This document shows, in pieces, positions 17,698 through 25,939 of a stretch of DNA of 33,340 nt. Made by a program: the position numbers and the translations under genes. The notes beneath the pieces are model-generated. The model ran no database searches. It saw only the letters and a list, made by a program, of their open reading frames with translations, and was not told where the DNA came from. This stretch comes from a virus (taxonomy: Duplodnaviria; Caudoviricetes): positions 1-33,340 of IMG/VR virus record IMGVR_UViG_3300035562_000038. One strand, 5' to 3'. The first letter of the stretch is position 1, and each line of letters starts with the position of its first letter.

Positions 17698-18498
17698 TCA
17701 GCAGTCGGTTAAAACTTCATCGCCGCCGCCGGTAGACAGGTCGCGGCGATGGGTAGAACGGTCAGAAGTGCTGAGGGTGGTTTTCAGCTCGGAAAGCTCG
17801 GTTTTCGCGTCTTTCAGCTGGCTTTCCAGCGATTCGACGGTGGTTTTCAGGCCGGAAAATGCTTCGATTTTGGTTTCAAGCCCTTGCTGGCGTTCTGCGA
17901 CAAACTCCACCGCCTGATGAACGTCGGAAAAACGGCCGTCATCGGAGTGCTGTTTTTTGCTGAACATGGCCTTGATTTGGGTCAGAAGGTTCGGTTTTTC
18001 GGTTTCTGGCGCGTCAAATTCCATCACGGTTTCTTCCATCGCTCCGAAGTGCAATCCGCTGGTTTCGGCCAGGTTGTTGGCGGTGAATTTCATGACTTCA
18101 CTACCCAGCGAAGCCGGATTGTCGGTAAACGCCAGCCCGGTCAGATAGGCTTTGCCGGTGTCGGCAAATTGCGGGTAATACTCGATACTGGTGTAAATTT
18201 TTTGCCGATCGTTGTTCAGCTTCACCAGCCCATCCGTCGCATCGACCTGCGCCAGCAGCGCCAGCTTGCCTTTCAATTGGCCGGAGGTGATTTCCTGCGC
18301 CTTCAACGCGACGACGTCGCCCTGGGCCTTAAAATCGCTGTTTGGGAAAATGCTCAGGTAGTGCTCAAGGTTGGCGCGCGCCGGGCGGAATGCAGGCGAG
18401 AACGTTTCCGCCATTTCTTCGATATGACGGCGTTCGATTTTGCGGCCGTCACTGGTCGCGCCTTCAACGGCGACGCGGAAAAATTTTGATATTGGCAT
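17698..18498 (-). CDS. O: Capsid scaffolding protein/protease O
   Basis: SKFFRVAVEGATSDGR...GKAYLTGLAFTDNPASLG...LTDC. Confidence 0.95.
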   Translation of the reverse strand: MPISKFFRVAVEGATSDGRKIERRHIEEMAETFSPAFRPARANLEHYLSIFPNSDFKAQGDVVALKAQEITSGQLKGKLALLAQVDATDGLVKLNNDRQKIYTSIEYYPQFADTGKAYLTGLAFTDNPASLGSEVMKFTANNLAETSGLHFGAMEETVMEFDAPETEKPNLLTQIKAMFSKKQHSDDGRFSDVHQAVEFVAERQQGLETKIEAFSGLKTTVESLESQLKDAKTELSELKTTLSTSDRSTHRRDLSTGGGDEVLTDC

Positions 18499-18590
18499 GG
18501 GTAAGCCCCGATCAGTCAGCAGATGGGCCGGGATTGGCCGTGTTTGGCCTATGTTGGCTGGGGCGGGATGGCGGAACAACGCGGCGGCTT

Positions 18591-18608
18591 TGTGTGGTCG
18601 ATGGCACA
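18591..18608. promoter_or_regulatory. Ogr-binding box in the divergent O/P promoter region
   Basis: TGT-GTGGTCGATGGC-ACA (TGT-N12-ACA). Confidence 0.85.
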
Positions 18609-18685
18609 AGGCGCTTTAGGGGTGTTGGTTGTGGCGCGTAGGTAGCCTTTCGGTATTGAAACATTGAAATTCAGGCCGATAAAGC

Positions 18686-20455
18686 ATGAGCGCTACTACT
18701 ATCAGCACCGATCTTGATCCCCGCCGTCAGGCCATGTACCTGTATTGGCAGGGTCTTCGCGTCACTCGCATCGCCGAAATGATCGGGGAGAATCCCGTCA
18801 CGGTACACAGTTGGAAACGCCGCGACAAGTGGGACGATTACGGCCCGCTCGATCAGATGCAGATCACCACCGCCGCCCGCTATTGCCAGCTGATACTGAA
18901 GCCGGAGAAAGAAGGGCGCGACCTCAAAGAAATTGACCTGCTGGCGCGCCAGGCGGAGCGGCACGCGCGCATCGGCAAATACAACGGCGGCGGTAATGAG
19001 GCCGATCTCAATCCCAACATCGAGAGCCGAAACGCCGGGCCGCGTCGGCGCACGCAAAAGAACGTTTTCACCGACGAACAGCATGCCCGGCTGAAAGAAA
19101 TCTTTCTCGAACAGATGTTTGCCTATCAGCGGCGCTGGTACGAGGCGGGGCTGTCGAAAGATTTTCGTATCCGCAACATCCTGAAATCGCGCCAGATCGG
19201 CGCGACGTACTATTTTGCACGCGAAGCCCTGATCGACGCCCTGGACACGGGGCGTAATCAGATGTTTGTTTCCGCATCCAAGGCGCAGGCGCACCAGTTC
19301 AAAAACTACATCACCGCCTTTGCGCAAGAGGTCGATGTGGAGCTGCGCGGGGAAACCATCATCCTGCCAAACGCGGCGGAATTGCATTTCCTCGGCACCA
19401 ACTCCAACACCGCCCAGGGCCGGCCCGGCAATCTGTATCTGGATGAATATTTCTGGATCCCCGGCTTCAAGAAACTGCGCCGCGCCGCATCGGGTATGGC
19501 GTCGCAAACCCGCTACCGGTCGACCTACTTTTCCACCCCGTCGAGCATGACGCATGAGGCCTATTCCTTCTGGAATGGCACGTTCTTCAACAAGGGGAAA
19601 TCCAAGGATCGCCGCCGTGAAATTGACGTTAGCTATAAACGCCTGGCCGGCGGCGTGCTCTGCGAGGACAAGCAATTCCGCCAGATCGTCAACATTGAAG
19701 ATGCGTTGCGCGGCGGCTGCGACCTGTTTGACCTCGACGAGCTGCGTGAGGAAAACAGCGATGAAGATTTTGACAACCTGTTCATGTGCAACTTCATCGA
19801 CGATACATCATCCGTCTTCCCGATGGGCGAAATGCAGCGCTGCATGGTGGACAGCTGGGAGCACTGGACGGATGTCAAGCCGTTTGCGTTGCGCCCGGTT
19901 GCGTCGCGCGAAGTCTGGATCGGTTATGACCCTGCCAGCTCTGAGGATGGCGACAGCGCTGGGTGCGCGGTCATCCTGCCGCCGCTGGTTGCTGGCGGAA
20001 AATTCCGGGTGCTGGAGCGCCATCAGTGGCGCGGGATGGATTTTGCGGCGCAGGCCCGCAACATCAAGGCGCTGACCGAACGTTACAACGTGAGCTATAT
20101 CGGCATCGACAACACCGGCCTGGGCCGTGCGGTGTCGCAATTGGTGCGCCAATTCTTCCCGGCGGTGAACGCCATCAACTACAGCCTGGAAATGAAAACA
20201 GACCTCGTACTGAAGGCCCGCGACGTGATCCGCTCCGGCCGCCTGGAGTTTGATGCCGGCGCGCTGGATATCGCCCAGGCGTTTATGTCCATCCGCAAGC
20301 AAATGACGGCCACCGGCCGCCGGGCAACCTATGTCACCAGCCGCGCCGAAGGCGTCAGCCACGGCGATGTGGCCTGGGCCGTCATGCACGCCTTATTCAA
20401 TGAACCGCTCGAAGGGGCAACCGGTAGCAATACAGGTTTTATGGAGATCTACTAA
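18686..20455 (+). CDS. P: Terminase large (ATPase) subunit P
   Basis: KSRQIGAT Walker A variant, LYLDEY Walker B, IGYDPAS and HGDVAWA nuclease motifs. Confidence 0.97.
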   Translation: MSATTISTDLDPRRQAMYLYWQGLRVTRIAEMIGENPVTVHSWKRRDKWDDYGPLDQMQITTAARYCQLILKPEKEGRDLKEIDLLARQAERHARIGKYNGGGNEADLNPNIESRNAGPRRRTQKNVFTDEQHARLKEIFLEQMFAYQRRWYEAGLSKDFRIRNILKSRQIGATYYFAREALIDALDTGRNQMFVSASKAQAHQFKNYITAFAQEVDVELRGETIILPNAAELHFLGTNSNTAQGRPGNLYLDEYFWIPGFKKLRRAASGMASQTRYRSTYFSTPSSMTHEAYSFWNGTFFNKGKSKDRRREIDVSYKRLAGGVLCEDKQFRQIVNIEDALRGGCDLFDLDELREENSDEDFDNLFMCNFIDDTSSVFPMGEMQRCMVDSWEHWTDVKPFALRPVASREVWIGYDPASSEDGDSAGCAVILPPLVAGGKFRVLERHQWRGMDFAAQARNIKALTERYNVSYIGIDNTGLGRAVSQLVRQFFPAVNAINYSLEMKTDLVLKARDVIRSGRLEFDAGALDIAQAFMSIRKQMTATGRRATYVTSRAEGVSHGDVAWAVMHALFNEPLEGATGSNTGFMEIY

Positions 20456-21493
20456 ATGAGCAAGCGCAACCGGGGCCGCAAGCACGCCCAGCCAACGACA
20501 CAAAAACAGACTGGCGCGCAGCACGTCGAGGCGTTTACCTTCGGCGACCCGATCCCAATGCTGGATCGCCGCGAAATACTGGATTATCTGGAGTGCTGCG
20601 TCGTCGATCGCTGGTATGAACCGCCTATCTCGTTCAACGGCCTGGCGAAGACGTTCCGCGCGGCGGTTCATCACAGTTCACCGATCACGATGAAGCGTAA
20701 CATCTTAGTGAGCATGTTCAAGCCCCACCGGCTGCTGTCAAAGCAGGATTTTAGCCGCTATGCGCAGGATTTCATGGTGTTCGGCAACAGTTTTATGGAG
20801 TCGCGTTACAACCGCCTCGGCGGGATAATGAAGCTGGTTCCCAGCCTGGCGAAATATACCCGCCGTGGTGTCAATACTGACTCTTATTGGTTCGTGCAAT
20901 CGTGGGCGGAGCCGCATCAGTTTGAAGATGGCACCATTTTCCACCTGCTTGACCCGGACATTAATCAGGAGATCTACGGCGTTCCCGAGTATCTTTCCTC
21001 GCTTAACTCCATCTGGCTGAACGAGGCCGCAACGCTGTTTCGCCGGAAATACTACCTCAACGGCAGCCATGCCGGCTTTATCCTGTACATGAACGATGCC
21101 GCGCACAAACAGGAGGATATCGACAACCTGCGCAAAGCGCTGAAGGAATCGAAAGGGCCGGGCAATTTCCGTAATCTGTTCATGTATGCGCCGGGCGGTA
21201 AGCCGGACGGCTTGCAGCTGATCCCGCTGGCCGAGGTGGCGGCGAAAGATGAGTTTTTGAACATCAAGAACGTGACGCGCGACGATCAGCTGGCGTCCCA
21301 GCGCACGCCGCCGCAGTTGATGGGGATTTTGCCGAATAACACCGGCGGATTCGGGGATGTGGAAAAGGCCGCGCGGGTATTTGCGATTAATGAGCTGGCC
21401 CCGTTGCAGGAGCGCCTTTGCGAGCTAAACGACTGGGTAGGGGAGGAGGTGATCAGCTTCAACCCGTATGAACTGCTCAAGAATGACCAATAA
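20456..21493 (+). CDS. Q: Portal protein Q (PBSX family)
   Basis: AFTFGDP...WYEPP...NQEIYGVPEY...YYLNGSHAGFI...GGFGDVEKA. Confidence 0.97.
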   Translation: MSKRNRGRKHAQPTTQKQTGAQHVEAFTFGDPIPMLDRREILDYLECCVVDRWYEPPISFNGLAKTFRAAVHHSSPITMKRNILVSMFKPHRLLSKQDFSRYAQDFMVFGNSFMESRYNRLGGIMKLVPSLAKYTRRGVNTDSYWFVQSWAEPHQFEDGTIFHLLDPDINQEIYGVPEYLSSLNSIWLNEAATLFRRKYYLNGSHAGFILYMNDAAHKQEDIDNLRKALKESKGPGNFRNLFMYAPGGKPDGLQLIPLAEVAAKDEFLNIKNVTRDDQLASQRTPPQLMGILPNNTGGFGDVEKAARVFAINELAPLQERLCELNDWVGEEVISFNPYELLKNDQ

Positions 21494-21536
21494 GTTGCTA
21501 GCTTATTAAGTTAGTGGCTTGATGTTTGCAATGTGA

Positions 21537-21556
21537 ACCGCCGAAAGGCGGTTTTT
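21537..21556 (+). terminator. Terminator of the PQ operon
   Basis: AACCGCC-GAAA-GGCGGTT-TTT. Confidence 0.85.
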
Positions 21557-21894
21557 GCATTCTTATGCGATGCTATTCATATCGCATTCTTTATCTGTGC
21601 GCTGTTGTGACATGTCACTGGCATTTTTTTTCATTAAAATGTCGCGTCACATAGCTGTTGAAAATTAAAATGTGACGTGGCAGGATGACGTCAAGTCGCC
21701 CGGCATGTTCAATGTCGGCACTCAACCCGCAAGCGCGGTTTTTGCAGAGATCGAAAGTGATTCTTTGCCAAAAAAACGCCGCATATCCTAAGTGCAACAA
21801 TCCGCATAGTTCATTGCATACCTAATCACCCCTCAAAACCGCACCAAACAAGGCTTTAGCCCCTTTTTTCTACTGCATAAAAAGTGAATTGTTA

Positions 21895-21990
21895 AGCATG
21901 CAGCGTGGGGGCGGGGGGGACGGCACGGAACAGGGGATCGATGGGGATCGTTTTTCCTGCCTATCCCCCGCAAACCCCGCACCGCATTCA
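21895..21990. other. Candidate cos/packaging region
   Basis: Non-coding gap after Q where P2 cos lies; G-rich GGGGGCGGGGGGGACGGCAC and TTTTCCTGCCT..GCAAACC loosely resemble P2 cos-region sequence, but there is no exact 19-nt P2 cos match. Confidence 0.3.
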
Positions 21991-22199
21991 CCTGCGCATC
22001 GCTGCAAGGCGATCAGATTTGATGTGCGATCATTGGTGCAAAGAAAAAGCGCCTCGCTGTGTGGCGTATAGGCGCTTTGGTGGGGGCGGTAATATGCGGG
22101 TTTCTATGTTGCTGGGCTGGTGTTATTCATTTCTGTGAATATTCATTCATTTTGATTGCGTCATTTCCCCGGTGCTGCTATTCTCGACTGGCGAAGGTT

Positions 22200-22544
22200 C
22201 TACAGCGTTGCCAGCATCAGCCTTTTATAGCCGGTTGTCTGCCAGCATTGCGTGTCACCTTGCATGCAGCACCCGCCCGGATCGCCCGGCAACGTGTCGC
22301 CGCATTTCCCACAGCTACTTTTACGCAGGTCGGCCAGCTGTTTCTGCAACAGCTTGTTGTCTTGTCGTATGAGGCCGATCAGGTATTCCGTCACCTCGTA
22401 AGGTTCCCTCGCGATCCGGCGCTGCTGGCAACCTTCCAGGATCATCGCCATTTCCTGGCTATCGACGCGCAGAGTGATCGTGGTGATGCCGTTGGCCTTG
22501 TCGCGCTGGCGCTGGCTGCGTTTACGTTCTGCTGGTGTGGTCAT
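22200..22544 (-). CDS. Small phage protein: basic N-terminus, RHH-like middle, Cys-rich C-terminus
   Basis: MTTPAERKRSQRQRD...ITLRVD...YLIGLIRQD...CGKCGDTLP...GCCMQGDTQCW; ATG lies 1 nt after the MTase stop. Confidence 0.8.
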   Translation of the reverse strand: MTTPAERKRSQRQRDKANGITTITLRVDSQEMAMILEGCQQRRIAREPYEVTEYLIGLIRQDNKLLQKQLADLRKSSCGKCGDTLPGDPGGCCMQGDTQCWQTTGYKRLMLATL

Positions 22545-22545
22545 G

Positions 22546-23247
22546 CTACACGTCCCCATTTTGATGAGTAGAAAGAAGTGCTGCCAGTATGGCAAGGCGT
22601 TCCGCTGCCGGTAGATCGCTATAATTTCTGGCCCAACGTTCGGCTTTTCTCTTGATGCGTTGTCGATCGATATAGTTCGCGCCGGCAAACGCCGCGCTGT
22701 ATGCAGCATTCTGGGCATAATTCATCCATAACTTTTCAGTGCGTGGCCCTCCGCGCGTCATCACCTGAAATTCCATGCTACGCCAGTCGCCGAGCAACTC
22801 GTCGTAGAGTGCGGACGGATAGCCGGAGATCATGACGTTGGCGGGCACGCTGCGTAACACGTCGATCAGGCGGCGGTGATCGTCGACGGTATACTCGTGA
22901 CGATACCGCGCGCGGCTGGTGCGGGTTTCTGGAAGATAAGGCGGGTCGACGTAGATCAGCGTGCGACCGTATTTTTCAAAAGGAACGGCGCGCAACAGCT
23001 TAACCGCGTCGCCGATCTCAATCATAAGGCGATCGGCCTGTTCATCCAGATAATCCGGGTTTCCCTGGCAAAATGCCTCAACGGTTTCCGGATCGATATC
23101 CCACCCGATCGTGCGGGCAGCCGGCGGCTTACGCAGCATAATGGCACCGCCGCCGAGGTGTGTTTCGATGTAGGTGTCGTGTGGTGGCATCTGGCTGATT
23201 ATTGCCTGGTATGCGCCGCTTGCGGCCTTGCTTCCTAAATATCCCAT
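22546..23247 (-). CDS. DNA N6-adenine methyltransferase (D12/Dam-like fold), short form
   Basis: GYLGSK (motif X), YIETHLGGG (I), GWDID (II), YVDPPY (IV), MISGY; alternative start at 23262. Confidence 0.88.
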   Translation of the reverse strand: MGYLGSKAASGAYQAIISQMPPHDTYIETHLGGGAIMLRKPPAARTIGWDIDPETVEAFCQGNPDYLDEQADRLMIEIGDAVKLLRAVPFEKYGRTLIYVDPPYLPETRTSRARYRHEYTVDDHRRLIDVLRSVPANVMISGYPSALYDELLGDWRSMEFQVMTRGGPRTEKLWMNYAQNAAYSAAFAGANYIDRQRIKRKAERWARNYSDLPAAERLAILAALLSTHQNGDV

Positions 23248-23259
23248 TAGTCGGTACCC

Positions 23260-23460
23260 CATAGTTGATAATGACGGTGCTGCAGAACAGATATTTCTGT
23301 CTATGCGGTACCAGCAACATCAGCTGGCACAGTTGGAACCGTCTATATTTGCCGGCATGGCCAGAACAGGTATTTCTGTCTATGCGGTACCGGCACCAGG
23401 CGGCACAGATGCCACCGTCTATATTTTTCTGTATGGCCAGAACAGATATTCCTGTCTGTG
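23260..23460. repeat. Array of six 20-bp bipartite quasi-palindromes, organised as ~2.3 tandem units of 76-79 bp
   Basis: MAYAGNT-N6-GWCKRTR at 23260, 23286, 23328, 23365, 23404, 23441; higher-order units start at 23283, 23362, 23438. Confidence 0.9.
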
Positions 23461-23473
23461 CTCGATGTAATTT

Positions 23474-25939
23474 TTATGCCCCAGCGATGGTATTTACTCG
23501 GCCTCGTGCCAAAGCTTGCCAGCGGGATACCAAGTCTGTGGCCTTATGTTTTGCTAGTGATTTACGCCACTGCGGATCCATACCAACAACGATCAGTTCT
23601 CCGGTTACCAGGTTCGCTCGATAAACGGTATCCAGCACAGTGACCTCTTTCCCCAATGCCAGTTGATTAGCTTGATGCTCGCTCACTGTGATTTTTCTGA
23701 TCTTCGCCCAGCGCTGCACCTGCTCAGCGACGCCTGCGACCAATGGCGTAACCTTTTCTTCCATCTGCCTGAGTGACTGCGCGGCGCGCAGGTAACTTTC
23801 GGCCCGCTGGCGATCCGGTTCGGTGCATTCGCCCGCCGTAAGGGCATAAGCCAGCGCCTCAAACTCTTCGGCAGGGGACTTTTTCCGATCCGGTTTGTGG
23901 TTTCGAAGACTTTCGGCAAGCTTTTTGCGCCTGCTGGCCGATTTTTGGCCGATTTCAAGCTGTTCCGGCCCTATATCCAGTGGCGGATCATCGTGCGAAT
24001 CTGGTTGCTTTTTGACCGTGGTACAGTTATTGACACGAGTCCAAGGGGGCGCAGACGCGCCCTGAAGGTCAAGGTCAACCCCATGATCGGCGTCGGCCGA
24101 TGGTTGCGGCTTCATTCTGACAATGCGGAATTTTCGAAGGCGGGTTTCAACCGGCGGGATGTCTGCGGTTGGCATCACCAACCCTTTAATCACCGAAATG
24201 TATTCGCCGTAATCATTCGGTTCGTCTTTGATTTGATACCAGGTGCGGACGCGCAGGTCTTTGCGAAGGACAAACGGCCCGCCCTGCAATAAGGTGTATT
24301 CGCGCCAGTCAGCACCATCGGCGGCACGATGCAGCTCACCAAATAGCGGATTGATCTGGTCTGCCAGTTGTTGATTACGCATGCGGCGCAACTCGCGCCA
24401 AACAGATACCGGTGCACCGCCGAGAAACTGGAATTGACGGATTCCCCAGCATGACGCCCAGGCGGTAGCATGCCTGGCGGTTTCCTTTAATGGACGTCCG
24501 CTTTCGTCGTCTGTCAGCCCGTCCAGTGCATAGCCGTCGACGTTTTTGGATATGTACTTGACGATATAACCCGTTGCACTGCCGACGCTTTCATCGATCG
24601 GCTTCATTTCAAATCGCGGCTGTTTACCGTGGCTGCCGGCAAGTTCTTCGGCATCTTCGCGCGTCGCGTAATCCCGCATGATCTCGCGCAGCGGCTCAAC
24701 GTTTTCTGCTGTGGTGAATAGCAGGCCGTGCCAGTGCGGCGTTCCATCATGATGTGATTCGGCAACGCGCAGGCCAAACGCCGGGATATCCCTTCGCTTG
24801 AGTTCCGCCCGGATTTGTTGCCATACGCGGTTTAGATAACGCTGCGTCTTGCGAGGGTTTGCTCCATTCCACTTGCTGTTACGGTGGCCGCTATAGCTGA
24901 ATGCGTGATAACTGGAAGGGGCTGTTAAGGTAAAAAAGCTGCCGGTAAACCCTTCCTGTGTCGCGACCTTTTCGAAACCGCCGATGCGGGTCATCAACTC
25001 GTTGCGGCGCTTTTCCGGGTTTGAAATACTCTTATCGATTTGCTCTATGAGCGATATTCTTTCGCCAGTGTCCTGATCTTCCAGTTCCAGCTTGCTCATG
25101 ATCGCGCGGCTGCGCTTGCGGCGCTGATCCCATTCCTCAGCATGATGCTTGCTGCAATAAGGGGAAATACCCCGACGAACGTCACCAAAGGCAATGTGTA
25201 AATGTTCGCGCCACCGGATGGCATATTTACGCAGGTTGCGCTGCCAATAGCGCGCATCGCGCATCTTTTGGACGGCTACCACTGCCTCATCTACCCATAT
25301 AGTCTTTTTGGCAGATAGGGGCGGATTAGCCTGGAACATTGCGGTAAGTGCGGAGGCCTCCCGATAGAGCCGCATAGCCAGTTCCCGATCGCCTAACGCT
25401 TCCAGTGTTTCATTTACTTCACTCAACATCGCAGTCATGTAAATCGCAATATCCTGCGCCAACAGCTCAATATCTTCGTCGGTGAAGTCAGGAAGCCGAT
25501 TGAAACGCTCAATCAGCCCGCGCAGGTGTGAAAAGTTATGATAAAGCGCGTCAAGGTGCACAAATGGCGGGAGATCTTCGCCGTCGCCTTTAATAGCGTA
25601 TTCACCGGTGACGCGGGTGATAATCGGCAGATCACGGCGAGCAATATCGCGCAGTTTCAGGCGGGCAATGTGTCGGCCTTTAGTACTGTGAAAGTGGTTG
25701 ATTCGGTCACTCAGTCGCCGACGAATAAAGCGCGGTAGTGGTGCCAGGGTGCGCTGTACCCATGCGCCAAACTCCTGCTCTTGAGCCAGCTCAACGAGAT
25801 CAACAGAAGGAGTCTTGTCCACATGGATAGCCGCTTTGGGCTTATTCCATGCATGGGGGTAGTCAGAAACGTCCGCGCCGCTGCCAGGGTATGGCAACGG
25901 CGGTGATGGTTCATAGCGGCCGCGAATGGGTTTACTCAC
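23474..25939 (-). CDS. A: Rolling-circle replication initiator A (HUH endonuclease)
   Basis: FFTLTAPS, ESHHDGTPHWHG, GYIVKYISKNVDG, IRQFQFLG; GTG 25939 overlaps the upstream stop (ORF track starts at 25984). Confidence 0.95.
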   Translation of the reverse strand: MSKPIRGRYEPSPPLPYPGSGADVSDYPHAWNKPKAAIHVDKTPSVDLVELAQEQEFGAWVQRTLAPLPRFIRRRLSDRINHFHSTKGRHIARLKLRDIARRDLPIITRVTGEYAIKGDGEDLPPFVHLDALYHNFSHLRGLIERFNRLPDFTDEDIELLAQDIAIYMTAMLSEVNETLEALGDRELAMRLYREASALTAMFQANPPLSAKKTIWVDEAVVAVQKMRDARYWQRNLRKYAIRWREHLHIAFGDVRRGISPYCSKHHAEEWDQRRKRSRAIMSKLELEDQDTGERISLIEQIDKSISNPEKRRNELMTRIGGFEKVATQEGFTGSFFTLTAPSSYHAFSYSGHRNSKWNGANPRKTQRYLNRVWQQIRAELKRRDIPAFGLRVAESHHDGTPHWHGLLFTTAENVEPLREIMRDYATREDAEELAGSHGKQPRFEMKPIDESVGSATGYIVKYISKNVDGYALDGLTDDESGRPLKETARHATAWASCWGIRQFQFLGGAPVSVWRELRRMRNQQLADQINPLFGELHRAADGADWREYTLLQGGPFVLRKDLRVRTWYQIKDEPNDYGEYISVIKGLVMPTADIPPVETRLRKFRIVRMKPQPSADADHGVDLDLQGASAPPWTRVNNCTTVKKQPDSHDDPPLDIGPEQLEIGQKSASRRKKLAESLRNHKPDRKKSPAEEFEALAYALTAGECTEPDRQRAESYLRAAQSLRQMEEKVTPLVAGVAEQVQRWAKIRKITVSEHQANQLALGKEVTVLDTVYRANLVTGELIVVGMDPQWRKSLAKHKATDLVSRWQALARGRVNTIAGA
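24023..24052 (-). other. Replication origin (A nick site) inside gene A
   Basis: Minus strand GCGCCCCCTTG|GACTCGTGTCAATAACTGT resembles P2 ori GCGCCTCG|GAGTCCTGTCAATAACTGT. Confidence 0.8.

Noticed and set aside
21606-21619. CRP site
   Set aside because: TGTGA-N4-TCACT has a 4-bp spacer; CRP needs 6.
23260-23460. CRISPR array or TIGR array
   Set aside because: Intervening sequences are themselves repeated, repeats are degenerate, and the window has no cas or Nop-domain gene. Kept as an unexplained array.
23283-23460. Replication iterons
   Set aside because: P2-type replication is rolling-circle and a good ori is present within A (24023-24052). Not formally excluded.
23129-23643. Short ORFs overlapping the repeat array (23174-23470, 23265-23624, 23129-23320, 23458-23643)
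   Set aside because: They are antisense or out of frame to A and the MTase, show no recognisable motifs, and are explained by the repeats.
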